DNA of 46,353 nucleotides, from the NCBI GenBank assembly GCA_002085355.1, contig NATN01000037.1, positions 1 through 46,353 of the forward strand. Direction: 5' to 3'. The position numbers and the translations under genes were made by a program. Origin of the DNA: Candidatus Zhuqueibacterota bacterium 4484_87 (GTDB lineage: Bacteria > Zhuqueibacterota > Zhuqueibacteria > Thermofontimicrobiales > Thermofontimicrobiaceae). The notes under the pieces were generated by a model, which made no database searches, was not told where the DNA came from, and saw nothing but the letters and a program-made list of their open reading frames with translations. Below are positions 28,564-39,079 of the stretch, one piece after another (the first letter of the stretch is position 1; each line of letters opens with the position of its first letter).

Positions 28564-30756
28564 TTAAAACCGCTTTCTTCCTTTTTTGTTGGTAATCCTC
28601 TGGGAATTTTTGATCGTATGCTTATCGCATTTCTGTGTCGGCGCGTTTTCCCTTTTAAAAACCTCCGAGATTACTTCAGGACAAAATTCCGTAGCTAATT
28701 TTTTTGTTTCCTTACAGATGTCCACGCGAACAACTCCTGGCGGCATCTCGAATGGAAGTGGCGGTAGTTGTAAAGTGTCATGCGCCGCTTTCATAAACCT
28801 CGCCCAAATGGGAAGTGCCACCACCGCGCCGGACTGCCCCCTCCCCAAGCTTTTCGCGGGGTCATCAAATCCGACCCAGACGCCGGCTACTATTTGTCTG
28901 GTGAACCCAATAAACCAGGCATCGGTAAAGTCATTTGTTGTGCCGGTTTTCCCGCCAGCAGGGTACTGGAAATTGTAAATTGTTCGCGCAGAATAGCCGG
29001 TCCCACCCGGGCTGAGAATACCTTGCAGCAAATCCGCCATGATATAAGCCGTTTCCCGTCTCAGCACTTCTTTGGCATTGGGATGGTTTTCCTCAAGGAT
29101 ATTTTGAGATTTATCGATAATTTGAGTGATTGCCATGGGAGTAGCAAGAATTCCCTGGTTGGCAAAAACACCAAAAGCAGAGGTCATTTCAATTGGACAA
29201 ACAGCGCCAGAACCGAGCCCCAGAGCGTCAACTTCCGGAAGCTCTGTTGTCAGCCCTAATTTTCGCGCATAGTCGATGATTGTTTTCGGCGGAACAACTT
29301 CCTGAACCAGACGGGCGGTAACTAAATTGAGCGATCTTTTCAGCGCCTCTCTGAGTGTGGTGGGCCCGCCCTGGGAATGGTCGTAATTATGCGGCGCCCA
29401 GCGGTCGCCATTGGGCAGATACAAAACAACGGGCTGATTCAGCAATTCAAATGACGGCGAATATCCATTGTCAATGGCAGCCGTGTAAACAATGGGTTTG
29501 AATGTTGAACCGGGCTGGCGCGTGCGCATTTGTACGGCGCGGTTATATTTGGACTCATTGAAATCCCTGCCGCCAATCATGGCGAGGATCGATCCGTCCG
29601 TTGGGTCCAGGGCGATAAAAGCGACCTGGATGGTGTAGTTTGCCGTAGCAATGGAATCCAGCAACGCGGGAAATTTCTTTTTCAGTTGGCTCAAAGAATA
29701 CTTTTTTTTCAATGAATCCGGCAGTAGAGCGCGGATCTTTCCGGTTGCGATAAGTCTTCTGTTGAAATTTGATTGCAATTTTTTCAGATGAATTTTGACT
29801 GCCCTCTCGGCACATGCCTGCACACGCGTATCCACTGTCGTGTACACGCTTAATCCTGCGGTGTAAAGATCCATGCGGTATTTTTTTTGTAAAGTCTGCC
29901 TGATGTATTCTGTAAAATACGGCGCAATGCCAAATTCTTCCTGATCGGAAGCCTCTTTGACATTCAAGGGGGTCGCCTTTGCTTGTTCAAATTCTTCTTT
30001 GGTGATGTGGCCGACAGATAACATGTTGTACAGCACTACATTCCGGCGAGATGTTACCAAATCAGGATTTCGGTAAGGGGAATATGCTGTAGGGCGTTGC
30101 AAAATCCCAGCCAGCATAGCGCATTCCGGTAGAGTCAGTTCTTTCGCGCTTTTGCCGAAGTATTTTTGTGATGCCGCTTCTGCGCCGTATGCCCCATGGC
30201 CGAAATACATGTGGTTGAGATACATTTCCAGAATTTCGTCTTTCGTGTACGTGCGTTCGATCTGTACTGCAGTGATGATTTCCCTCAGCTTACGCGTGAT
30301 TGTTTTTTGCAGATTCAGATAAAGCTGGCGTGCCAATTGTTGTGTCAGGGTACTTGCCCCCTGAGCAAATCTAAAATGAGTCACATCTATCAGCATTGCC
30401 TTGATAAAACGCTTCAGGTTAAAACCCCAATGATCGTAGAAATCGCGATCTTCTGTGTCCAACACAGCAAGTATCAGATTTCCAGGCATTTCGTTGAGCG
30501 GTTTGAGAATGCGTTTTTTAGTGAACAGCTCTTTTAACACGACGCCGTCGCGGGAGTAAATTTTTGTTGCCAATTCGGGGTTGTAATGTTCCAGTGTGTC
30601 GAGCGACGGCAAATCCCGGGTAAGATAAATGAAGAATATCACCCCAATTGCCAAAAGTACAGAAAAAATGATGAGAGCCAATCTCAGTTTTGGCCACAAA
30701 GCATTGGACGGCGAATCTGGAGAGAAATTATCATTTTGACGAATATGTCTTCTCAT
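28564..30756 (-). CDS. Class A penicillin-binding protein (PBP1A family)
   Basis: EDRDFYDH, GASTLTQQL, RKLRE, QPGSTFK (SxxK), SLN, KTGT. Confidence 0.95.
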   Translation of the reverse strand: MRRHIRQNDNFSPDSPSNALWPKLRLALIIFSVLLAIGVIFFIYLTRDLPSLDTLEHYNPELATKIYSRDGVVLKELFTKKRILKPLNEMPGNLILAVLDTEDRDFYDHWGFNLKRFIKAMLIDVTHFRFAQGASTLTQQLARQLYLNLQKTITRKLREIITAVQIERTYTKDEILEMYLNHMYFGHGAYGAEAASQKYFGKSAKELTLPECAMLAGILQRPTAYSPYRNPDLVTSRRNVVLYNMLSVGHITKEEFEQAKATPLNVKEASDQEEFGIAPYFTEYIRQTLQKKYRMDLYTAGLSVYTTVDTRVQACAERAVKIHLKKLQSNFNRRLIATGKIRALLPDSLKKKYSLSQLKKKFPALLDSIATANYTIQVAFIALDPTDGSILAMIGGRDFNESKYNRAVQMRTRQPGSTFKPIVYTAAIDNGYSPSFELLNQPVVLYLPNGDRWAPHNYDHSQGGPTTLREALKRSLNLVTARLVQEVVPPKTIIDYARKLGLTTELPEVDALGLGSGAVCPIEMTSAFGVFANQGILATPMAITQIIDKSQNILEENHPNAKEVLRRETAYIMADLLQGILSPGGTGYSARTIYNFQYPAGGKTGTTNDFTDAWFIGFTRQIVAGVWVGFDDPAKSLGRGQSGAVVALPIWARFMKAAHDTLQLPPLPFEMPPGVVRVDICKETKKLATEFCPEVISEVFKRENAPTQKCDKHTIKNSQRITNKKGRKRF

Positions 30757-30821
30757 AAAAAACCCATTATTTTATTTTCTTTTTATCGTGTAGTGCATGT
30801 TTTTAAAACGAAAAAACGGAA

Positions 30822-31550
30822 TCAACTGTTCCAAAATTTAAGCTGCATTCCATTTTCCGCATCAAATTGGCCATAGGAAAAATTATGAATCCAATCGCCC
30901 AAGTTAATGAATGTTGAGCCATTGAGGCGTTTAAGCAGCGGCCGATGCGAGTGTCCGATAATAACGATATCAAAGCCAGCCGCAAATTTGTCTTTGGCAA
31001 ATTCGATATATTCGTTCGTGTGATCTGAAAATTTGTTTGTGGTGTATTCCCTGCTGCTTTGTGACATAAATTTCGCGAAAGGGATTCCGATGTCCGGATG
31101 CAACCAGCGGTAGAGAAAAATATTCACCGGATGCCTAAAGATTTTTTTCAAAAGCCGATAACCTTTGTCTTTTTTCAATATCCCGTCACCGTGAAAGAGA
31201 TAAAACTTTTTTCCCAGAATTGTTGGTGTATAAATATCATCGTGAAGTTCTATGTGAAGTTCCCTGGACATGAAATCCCGATGCCAGCAATCGTGATTTC
31301 CCGGCTGAAAGTGGACTTTTACGCCGGCGTCGATCAATTTTGAAATTTCAAAAAGGATAAAATAGAACTGCGCTGGCACTACCTGCTTGTATTCAAACCA
31401 AAAATCAAACAGATCCCCAACGATAAAAAGCTCATTGCCTTCTTTTTTAATGCTATCAAAAAAAGAAAAGAGTTTTTGATAACGACCACTCAATTTTTTA
31501 TCGAATGCAGCTCCGACGTGGATGTCTGAAATGAAATAATATGTCGCCAT
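30822..31550 (-). CDS. lpxH: UDP-2,3-diacylglucosamine diphosphatase (LpxH-like metallophosphoesterase)
   Basis: FISDIH, GDLFDFWFEY, GNHD, HGD, GHSH, NLGDW. Confidence 0.85.
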   Translation of the reverse strand: MATYYFISDIHVGAAFDKKLSGRYQKLFSFFDSIKKEGNELFIVGDLFDFWFEYKQVVPAQFYFILFEISKLIDAGVKVHFQPGNHDCWHRDFMSRELHIELHDDIYTPTILGKKFYLFHGDGILKKDKGYRLLKKIFRHPVNIFLYRWLHPDIGIPFAKFMSQSSREYTTNKFSDHTNEYIEFAKDKFAAGFDIVIIGHSHRPLLKRLNGSTFINLGDWIHNFSYGQFDAENGMQLKFWNS

Positions 31551-31645
31551 AGAACGTGAACTGCTCCTTTTATTTGGAATGAATCCAAAAGATACAAAAT
31601 TATACGAGTTAATGCAATAAAAAACAGAGTCGCTGTAAAAAAATC

Positions 31646-31674
31646 TTGCTTTGGAATGAAAAAATCGCTAAATT
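31646..31674 (+). promoter_or_regulatory. Putative sigma70 promoter of ispE
   Basis: TTGCTT-17nt-TAAATT. Confidence 0.55.
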
Positions 31675-31764
31675 CAGTGCCGATTTTTTTGAGGATTTCG
31701 TCGTCAAAAGCTAATTTCACAAATTTACGGAAATTTCTCCGCGGTCACAGGGTACTTATTTTTT

Positions 31765-32637
31765 ATGTTAAGATTAGAACTTAAAGCATACGCCAAAATC
31801 AACATCGGCTTGCGTGTCACCGGACGGCGGTCTGACGGATACCATGAGATTGAAACAGTCTTTCAGCAGATTGATATTTTCGATGATATTGTTGTTGAAA
31901 AATTATCGCCGGGACAAATTGTTGTTGAAACAACAAATCCGGAGCTGCCGACAGGTGAAGGAAACATCTGCTTTCGCGCTGCTGAAAAAGTGCGGGAAGC
32001 GTCGGGCGTAAATTTCGGGGTAAAAATATTTATCAAGAAAAATATTCCCGTTGGTGCAGGTCTTGGCGGCGGGAGCAGTGATGCCGCAGCGGTCATTCGT
32101 GGCATCAATGAACTTTTTCAGTTGAATCTTGCTGATCAAAAACGACAAAATATCGCACGAGAACTTGGCGCTGACGTGGTTTTTTTCCTCCTGGGAGGTA
32201 CAGCGTGGGCTACAGGGATTGGCGACGTTTTGCAGCCAGTGAGTTCGATGCCGCATTTTTGGGGGGTTTTAGTTTATCCGAATATAGAGATTTCTACGGC
32301 TTGGGCTTATAAAAATATTAATTTTAGCTTGACAAAAACTAAAAAAATTATTAAATTAGAAAGTCTCTTTGAAAAAAGAGAAAGTATGCGAGAGTTCTTT
32401 CAAAACGATTTAGAAATAGTAGTCTTTGACAAGTATCCTGAGCTTGCAGAAATAAAAGAAAAATTTTACCAATCCGGGGCGTTTTTTGCCAGTATGTCAG
32501 GAAGCGGATCGTCTGTTTATGGATTGTTTACGGATATTGCAGGGGCAGAAAATGCACAGGCAAGTTTCGGAGATCGCTATCGAACATTTTTAATACAACC
32601 CTTTGAAAAGACATCTATAACAAGAGGGGCGATGTGA
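31765..32637 (+). CDS. ispE: 4-diphosphocytidyl-2-C-methyl-D-erythritol kinase
   Basis: AKINIGL, DGYHEIET, KNIPVGAGLGGGSSDAA, MSGSGS. Confidence 0.96.
   Translation: MLRLELKAYAKINIGLRVTGRRSDGYHEIETVFQQIDIFDDIVVEKLSPGQIVVETTNPELPTGEGNICFRAAEKVREASGVNFGVKIFIKKNIPVGAGLGGGSSDAAAVIRGINELFQLNLADQKRQNIARELGADVVFFLLGGTAWATGIGDVLQPVSSMPHFWGVLVYPNIEISTAWAYKNINFSLTKTKKIIKLESLFEKRESMREFFQNDLEIVVFDKYPELAEIKEKFYQSGAFFASMSGSGSSVYGLFTDIAGAENAQASFGDRYRTFLIQPFEKTSITRGAM
32329..32357 (+). promoter_or_regulatory. Promoter-like element inside ispE, probably driving spoVG-tRNA-prs
   Basis: TTGACA-17nt-TAAATT in an AT-rich patch of the coding region. Confidence 0.55.
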
Positions 32638-32824
32638 GATTTTAATCTTGTTTTGTAAGATGGCATCGTTTTCATGAAGGGGGTGGGTATTTTCTGTTGG
32701 TAGATGTTATATTTTTTCAACCAAGGGCAACAAAACAACGGTCGTATTTTTAGCATGAAGTCGCGTTTTTTCAGCTAAAAAATTCAATTAAAAGATTCGC
32801 TGATTAGACAGGAGAATTTTACGG

Positions 32825-33100
32825 ATGAATATAACAGAAATTACCGTTACCCTGCGAAATGAGGATAAACTAAAAGCTTTTGTGAACGTGACTTTTGATG
32901 ATCAATTTGTCGTTCGGGGCTTGAAAGTGATCAAGAGTGCGAACGGATTTTTTATCAGTATGCCGAGCCGCAAGATGCCCGATGGAACATTTCGGGACAT
33001 TGCGCATCCAATTACTAAAGAATTTCGTGAGTTCATTGAAAAAGCTATTTTGAAAAAATATAACGAGACGTTAGAGCAAGAAAAATCAAATCAAGATTAG
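32825..33100 (+). CDS. spoVG: SpoVG family nucleic-acid-binding protein
   Basis: KLKAFVNVTFDD..VVRGLKVI...MPSRK...FRDIAHPI. Confidence 0.95.
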   Translation: MNITEITVTLRNEDKLKAFVNVTFDDQFVVRGLKVIKSANGFFISMPSRKMPDGTFRDIAHPITKEFREFIEKAILKKYNETLEQEKSNQD

Positions 33101-33122
33101 CCTGATTTAAAAAAAATGACAT

Positions 33123-33194
33123 TGGGGCGTCGCCAAGTGGCAAGGCACAGGGTTTTGGTCCCTGCATTCGGAGGTTCGAATCCTCCCGCCCCAG
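33123..33194 (+). tRNA. tRNA-Gln (anticodon TTG), CCA not encoded
   Basis: Acceptor stem TGGGGCG/CGCCCCA, D arm GCCAAGTGGCAAGGC, anticodon arm CAGGG-TTTTGGT-CCCTG, T arm GGAGGTTCGAATCCTCC. Confidence 0.97.
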
Positions 33195-33345
33195 CTTTTC
33201 ATTTTAAATCGTCATCAAAAATGAATGACGGAAATCAGATGAGGAGCATGGATTGCGAGCGTTTCAGCACAGAGAACGATGCTGTTTCATGGCTTAAGTG
33301 CTGCTCCTGATGGGTTTTCGTCTTTTTTTATTAAAGAGACGTCAA

Positions 33346-34281
33346 ATGGGAAATTCGCTAAAAATTTTTGCTGGCAGCGCAAGTCGGATTTTGGCAGAGA
33401 AAATGGCCAACCATTTGGATATGATGGTCGGAGAGTCAACCATGGAGCGCTTCAAGGACGGCGAGATGTCTGTGAAGTACGAAGAAAACATTCGCGGCTG
33501 TGACGTGTTCATTGTACAATCGACTTATCCGCCGGCGGATCATTTTATGGAGTTGCTGATTATGTTGGATGCTGCCCGGCGCTCTTCCGCAAGGAGAATT
33601 ACAGCGGTTATTCCCTATTTTGGTTATGCACGTCAGGACAGAAAAGATCAGCCCCGAGTTGCCATCACAGCAAAATTGGTAGCAAATCTTATTCGCACTG
33701 CCGGTGCAGACCGGGTTTTAACAATGGATTTGCACGCGCCGCAAATTCAGGGCTTTTTTGATATTCCGCTGGATCATTTGTATTCTTCGCCCATTTTGGC
33801 GGAGTATTTTCGCAAAAGGCACATTAAAGATTTAGTTGTACTTTCGCCCGATATTGGCGGCGTAAAAATGGCGCGCGCTTATGCCAAGCGATTGGATGCT
33901 CCGCTGGCGATTGTCGATAAAAGACGCGAAAAGGCGAATGTGGCGGAAGTGATGCATTTGATCGGCGAAGTAAAAGACAAGAATATTTTGATTGTTGATG
34001 ATATTGTGGATACGGCGGGTACAATTTACAAAGCTGCACAGCGTTTGAAAGAAGAGGGGGCAAAAAATATCTATGCGGCTTGTACGCATCCTTTGCTTTC
34101 TGGTGAGGCGATTGAAAATATAACAAAGGCTGGCTTGGCGGAATTTGTGGCAATGGATACCATTCCTATTCCACCGGAGAAGAAACGGAAAAATTTCACA
34201 ATTTTATCAGTCGCCAATTTGTTTGCCAATGCCATTAAGCGCATTCACAATGAAGAATCGATCAGTATTTTATTTGACTAA
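33346..34281 (+). CDS. prs: Ribose-phosphate pyrophosphokinase
   Basis: FKDGE, PYFGYARQDRK, DLHAPQIQGFF, SPDIGG, VDDIVDTAGT. Confidence 0.97.
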   Translation: MGNSLKIFAGSASRILAEKMANHLDMMVGESTMERFKDGEMSVKYEENIRGCDVFIVQSTYPPADHFMELLIMLDAARRSSARRITAVIPYFGYARQDRKDQPRVAITAKLVANLIRTAGADRVLTMDLHAPQIQGFFDIPLDHLYSSPILAEYFRKRHIKDLVVLSPDIGGVKMARAYAKRLDAPLAIVDKRREKANVAEVMHLIGEVKDKNILIVDDIVDTAGTIYKAAQRLKEEGAKNIYAACTHPLLSGEAIENITKAGLAEFVAMDTIPIPPEKKRKNFTILSVANLFANAIKRIHNEESISILFD

Positions 34282-34305
34282 TTTAAGCAAAAATGGAGTG
34301 AAACA

Positions 34306-34950
34306 ATGACACCGACAGATATTAGTTTATCCCTGGTATCGAGAGCAGAGACAGGGAAAGAAAACGCGAAAAAATTGAGAAGAGAAGGCAAAATACCTGG
34401 TGTGTTTTATGCGCATGGTGAAAAATCAGTGCCGATCGTTGTAGAGGATCGTGAACTGGCAAAAGTGATTGCCCAGGTTGGCGGTTTGATTGATGTCCAA
34501 ATTGACGGCAAGAAAAAAAGAAAAGCAATTATTAAAGATGTGCAGTCAGATCCGATCACCAATAAATTTTTTCATGTGGACATTATGGGCGTCCATTTGA
34601 AAGAAAAAGTGACGGTTACCGTGCCTCTGCATGTCGTCGGCGATCCCGTTGGCGTCAAAGATCAGGGCGGAATTTTACACCAGTACAGCCATGAAATTGA
34701 CGTTTCCTGTTTGCCGCTCGATATTCCCGATCATGTGGAAGTTGATGTGAGCGAGCTAAATATTGGGGATTCAATCACTATCGGTGACATTAAAATTGAA
34801 AATGTTACCATTGTTGGCGAGGAAGAACAACCGTTGGCAACAATTCTCGCACCTACGGTTTCCAAAGAGCCTGTTGAAGAAGAAGAGGGCGAAGAAGAGG
34901 CCGTTGAAGGTGAAGCAGAAGCTGACGGCGAAGAAAAAACAGAAGAATAA
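34306..34950 (+). CDS. rplY: 50S ribosomal protein L25/Ctc
   Basis: LRREGKIPGVFY, HVD, GVKDQGG; acidic tail; located between prs and pth. Confidence 0.95.
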   Translation: MTPTDISLSLVSRAETGKENAKKLRREGKIPGVFYAHGEKSVPIVVEDRELAKVIAQVGGLIDVQIDGKKKRKAIIKDVQSDPITNKFFHVDIMGVHLKEKVTVTVPLHVVGDPVGVKDQGGILHQYSHEIDVSCLPLDIPDHVEVDVSELNIGDSITIGDIKIENVTIVGEEEQPLATILAPTVSKEPVEEEEGEEEAVEGEAEADGEEKTEE

Positions 34951-34964
34951 TAATTTTATATTAG

Positions 34965-35531
34965 ATGTTAAACGAACGATTTCTGATTGCCGGGCTCGGC
35001 AATCCGGGCAAGCGATATCGCGATACGCGGCATAACTTGGGCTTCATGATTGTTGATTTTATTGCTCGTAAAAAGAGAGTGAAATTTAAAAAGCATGAGT
35101 TTTTTGAGATTGCCCGTTTTCAATTGGATGAAAAAGAAATTGTTTTAATGAAGCCGCTGACCTTTATGAATCGCAGCGGCATTGCTGTCGCCTATGGCGT
35201 TGAGGCGAATCAAATCGTTCTTTCAAATTTATTAGTGGTTATTGATGATCTGTCTTTACCCTTTGAAAGAATGAGGTTTCGCGCAAAGGGAAGTTCTGGC
35301 GGGCATAATGGCTTGAAATCAATAATTAATTATCTACAGTCGGAGGAGTTTCCTCGTCTCAGAGTTGGAATCAGACCGGATCTGGAAGTTGACGACATTG
35401 TTGAGTTTGTTTTATCTCCGTTTAGTGAAGAAGAGCAGAAAAACTTAGACGCAATTATCGAACGCGCTGCAGATGCTGTTTTTTACTGGATATCCGAAGG
35501 CATTGAGAGCGCGATGAATGCGTTTAATTGA
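34965..35531 (+). CDS. pth: Peptidyl-tRNA hydrolase
   Basis: GLGNPG, TRHNLGF, KPLTFMNRSG, GGHNGLKS. Confidence 0.97.
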   Translation: MLNERFLIAGLGNPGKRYRDTRHNLGFMIVDFIARKKRVKFKKHEFFEIARFQLDEKEIVLMKPLTFMNRSGIAVAYGVEANQIVLSNLLVVIDDLSLPFERMRFRAKGSSGGHNGLKSIINYLQSEEFPRLRVGIRPDLEVDDIVEFVLSPFSEEEQKNLDAIIERAADAVFYWISEGIESAMNAFN

Positions 35532-35612
35532 CGGGTGAGGCGTAAGAATAAGTGTGAACTTATTCAAATCTTCGGCGTTGAAGTAATCACTAAATCAAAA
35601 AGGAGAAGGATA

Positions 35613-37594
35613 TTGGACAACGTAGCAGTTTCTCTCATCACAAGCCTGCTTGCTCTTGGTTTTGTTGTATACTTGAGCATTGATGTGCTGCGAAAAGATA
35701 TGGGTAGCCAAAAGATGGCAGACATATCTCGATTAATCCAGCAAGGGGCGCGAGCCTTTTTGAGACGGGAATATATTTATGTCTCATTATTTGTAACGGT
35801 TATAGCGATTTTGATCGCTGTCGCTCCGTATCTCACCCAAGTTGAATTGAGTTGGCGAACATCAGTTGCATTTATCGGCGGCGCGTTGGTTTCCGCTTTA
35901 GCGGGATACATCGGAATGAGTATCGCGACAAAAGCGAACGCGCGCACCACACAGGGCGCAATTACCGGCGGCGTAAAAGGCGCGCTGAGCATTGCTATCA
36001 GCGGCGGAGCTGTCATGGGAATGAGTGTCGTTGGCTTGGCTTTGTTCGGTTTAAGCGTTTTTTACATTATTTTTGATGGCGAGCCGGTAATAATCAACGG
36101 TTATGCCATGGGCGCAAGTGCGGCGGAATTTTCACCAAAGGCGCAGATATGGGCGCAGATTTGGTGGGGAAAGTTGAAGCGGGAATTCCTGAGGATGACC
36201 CCAGAAATCCGGCTGTCATTGCGGACAACGTCGGCGACAATGTGGGAGACGTCGCAGGTCTCGGCGCAGATTTGTTAGAATCGTACGTTGAGTCAATCAT
36301 TGCTTCGATGGCAATTGCTGCCACTCTGGGCGTGGTAGCGCCTCAGCTAAAAACATTACCTTTATCCATTGCGAGTGCGGGAATTATCGCTTCCATTATC
36401 GGCGTGCTTTATGTGCGCATTCGAGGCAGAAAAGATCCCCAGTCGGCTTTAATGGGTGGTACTTATATCAGCGCAATTCTGACGGCAATAGCCACTTATT
36501 TGATAGTTAAATATCAAGGCAGAAGTTTTGAGGACTTCAGTCTTATGGGACCCTTTTATGCGACGATTGCAGGTATCGTTTCCGGTGTGATTGTCGGATT
36601 TACCAGTGAGTATTTTACATCGAAAAATTATAAACCCGTCCGAACCTTGGCGGAGGAATCCCAGAGCGGGCCGGCGCTGACAGTTACAGGCGGAATGTCT
36701 GTAGGTATGCTTTCTACGGTCATCCCTGTTCTTGTGTTGAGCGGTGCGGTTTTATTAGCAGATTATTTTGCCGGAATTTACGGAATTGCTTTGGCTGCCT
36801 TTGGTATGCTGGCGACAACAGGCGTAATCGTTGCTGTTGATTCTTACGGGCCTATCGCTGACAATGCCGGCGGTATTGCAGAAATGGCGGAATTGGATCC
36901 TTCGGTACGGGAAATTACAGATAATCTGGATGCGGTAGGGAACACGACTGCCGCGATTGGCAAAGGATTTGCTATTGGGTCAGCGGCATTTGCTGCAATG
37001 GGACTTTTAGCGGCTTACATGAAATCAGCGGAAATTGAAGTCGCGGATATCAAAGATCCCAAAGTGCTCATCGGGCTTTTGATTGGTGGGATGTTGCCAT
37101 TTTTCTTTTCATCATTGCTGTTTAAAGCTGTGAGTAAATCTGCTTTTAAAATGATCGAAGAAGTAAGGCGGCAGTTCAAAGAAATTCCCGGCTTGATGGA
37201 GGGGAAAGCAATGCCGGACTCCGCGCGCTGCGTTGATATCAGCACAAAGGGGGCTATCCACGGTATGCTCATTCCTGGTTCTATTGCTATTTTGGCGCCT
37301 GTTTTAGTAGGGCTTTTTATCGGCAAAGAAACCCTGGCGGGTATGCTGGTCGGCTCGCTGGTGAGCGGGCTGATGCTGGGAATTCAGATGGCAAATTCCG
37401 GCGGCGCCTTGGATAATGCGAAAAAATATATTGAAGAAGGACATTTTGGCGGGAAAGGTTCAGACACGCACAAAGCAGCGGTGATCGGCGATACTGTAGG
37501 AGATCCGTTAAAGGACACAGTGGGCCCGTCAATAAATATTTTAATCAAGTTAATGAGCGTCATTTCATTAGTGCTGGCGCCATTATTTAAGTAA
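35613..37594 (+). pseudogene. hppA: Membrane-integral K+-dependent Na+/H+-translocating pyrophosphatase, frameshifted at ~36120 (possible assembly artefact)
   Basis: N-terminal part ends GYAMGAS; the other frame continues GGIFTKGADMGADLVGKVEAGIPEDDPRNPAVIADNVGDNVGD, DSYGPIADNAGG, GNTTAA (K+-dependent signature), [10 protein letters not shown]. Confidence 0.9.
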
Positions 37595-37620
37595 TTGGTA
37601 AAACAGGAGGTGACGGTAGT

Positions 37621-38127
37621 TTGAAAACGTACGAATCAGTAATTGTGATCGATTCGCTATTGAAAAGTGAGGAGATCGAAGCCATTATTGAGAAGGTAGA
37701 GCGAATCATAAATAATAATGGCGGACAGATTAAAGAGATCGATCGCTGGGGAAAGAAGCGGTTGGCTTATGAAATCAAAAAACGTCAATATGGCTATTAT
37801 GTTGAGTTCATTTTCACCGGGCCGAGCAACTTAATTCAAGTACTGGAAAAAGATTATGGTCTTGATGAAAATATTTTGCGTTATTTGACGGTGCATTTGA
37901 ACAAGAGAGCAATTGAGCACAAAGAGCGGGCAAAAATAGCACAGGGCCCAGAAAAGGCAAAACACACTACTGCTCCGCCGGCAAAAGAAAAAAGCGTAGC
38001 GCCGGAAGCGGAGCCAGAAGAACCAGTTGAGGCAGAGACAGAGAAGGCAGAAGCGAAAGAAGAAGAAGTGATTCCGGCAGCGGAGGACACTGGTGCCGTT
38101 GAAGAATCTACGGATGCGGAGAATTAG
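37621..38127 (+). CDS. rpsF: 30S ribosomal protein S6 with long C-terminal extension
   Basis: YE..., [29 protein letters not shown] start. Confidence 0.96.
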   Translation: MKTYESVIVIDSLLKSEEIEAIIEKVERIINNNGGQIKEIDRWGKKRLAYEIKKRQYGYYVEFIFTGPSNLIQVLEKDYGLDENILRYLTVHLNKRAIEHKERAKIAQGPEKAKHTTAPPAKEKSVAPEAEPEEPVEAETEKAEAKEEEVIPAAEDTGAVEESTDAEN

Positions 38128-38202
38128 AAGCATGTATAGTTATGTGAATAGTTCTTTGTAAAATGTGACGATGTGACAATGATTTGAAAGAGGACATCGG
38201 AA

Positions 38203-38781
38203 ATGGCTAATTTGAAGATGCCAGATATAAATAATGTAATTATTGCTGGCAATTTGACATGTGACCCTTCTTTTCGCAAAACCAAAAATGGAACGCCGGT
38301 GGCAAATTTTTTTATTGCCTCTAATCGAAAATTTAAAGACAATAATGGAAATTGGCGTGAGAATGTGTGCTACATCGGAGTTGTTGCGTGGTATAAGTTA
38401 GCAGAAAGCTGCTATGAAAATATCAAGAAGGGCAGCGCAGTAATTGTCGATGGCGAGCTCCAAAGCCGGAGTTGGAAGAACCCCGATGGGACGAGCCATA
38501 ATGTAATCGAGATTAAAGCGCGAAGAATACAATTTTTAAACAAAAAAGCGATGCCTGAAGGTCTTGAATCTGATTTTGCTGATGTTGTTGAATCTGATGA
38601 GCCGGATGAGATCGATGTAATTGACAATGAAAACGATAACGCCCAAGTGGATTTTGGTCAGATCGAAGAACCGGCTCAAAAAGACGGTGAAGACACTTCA
38701 TTAGATGCAACCGACGAAACTCAAGACGATACCAATGAAGAAACAGATTTTGATTTTGGTTATCAAGATTTGGAGTTGTAA
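38203..38781 (+). CDS. ssb: Single-stranded DNA-binding protein with a long acidic tail
   Basis: NNVIIAGNLTCDP, KGSAVIVDGELQSRSW; located between rpsF and rpsR. Confidence 0.93.
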   Translation: MANLKMPDINNVIIAGNLTCDPSFRKTKNGTPVANFFIASNRKFKDNNGNWRENVCYIGVVAWYKLAESCYENIKKGSAVIVDGELQSRSWKNPDGTSHNVIEIKARRIQFLNKKAMPEGLESDFADVVESDEPDEIDVIDNENDNAQVDFGQIEEPAQKDGEDTSLDATDETQDDTNEETDFDFGYQDLEL

Positions 38782-38831
38782 TTTTCGAGGTACAGTGAAC
38801 TAAACCACAAAAAGTGAGGGAAAATTTAATT

Positions 38832-39053
38832 ATGATGAAGAAAAAAAGAGTCTGTCGCTTTTGCGAAGAAGACATCAAATATGTTGATTTTAAAGAGGTC
38901 AAAAGACTCGTGCGGTTTACCACGGAACAGGGGAAAATCATTCCCCGACGAACCTCAGGAACGTGCGCTAAACATCAACGTCAGCTTGTGAAAGCGATCA
39001 AGCGAGCGCGGCATTTGGCGCTGATTCCGTTTGTTTCCGAAATTACAAGATAG
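38832..39053 (+). CDS. rpsR: 30S ribosomal protein S18 (Cys/Zn-binding type)
   Basis: [32 protein letters not shown]. Confidence 0.97.
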   Translation: MMKKKRVCRFCEEDIKYVDFKEVKRLVRFTTEQGKIIPRRTSGTCAKHQRQLVKAIKRARHLALIPFVSEITR

Positions 39054-39079
39054 TAAACTTTAAACGTGCGAGGGCAAGA

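Noticed and set aside
32825..33100. spoVG as evidence of sporulation
   Set aside because: SpoVG occurs beside ispE/prs in many non-sporulating phyla.
33116..33310. 64-aa ORF MTLGRRQVARH...
   Set aside because: It is a translation of the tRNA-Gln gene.
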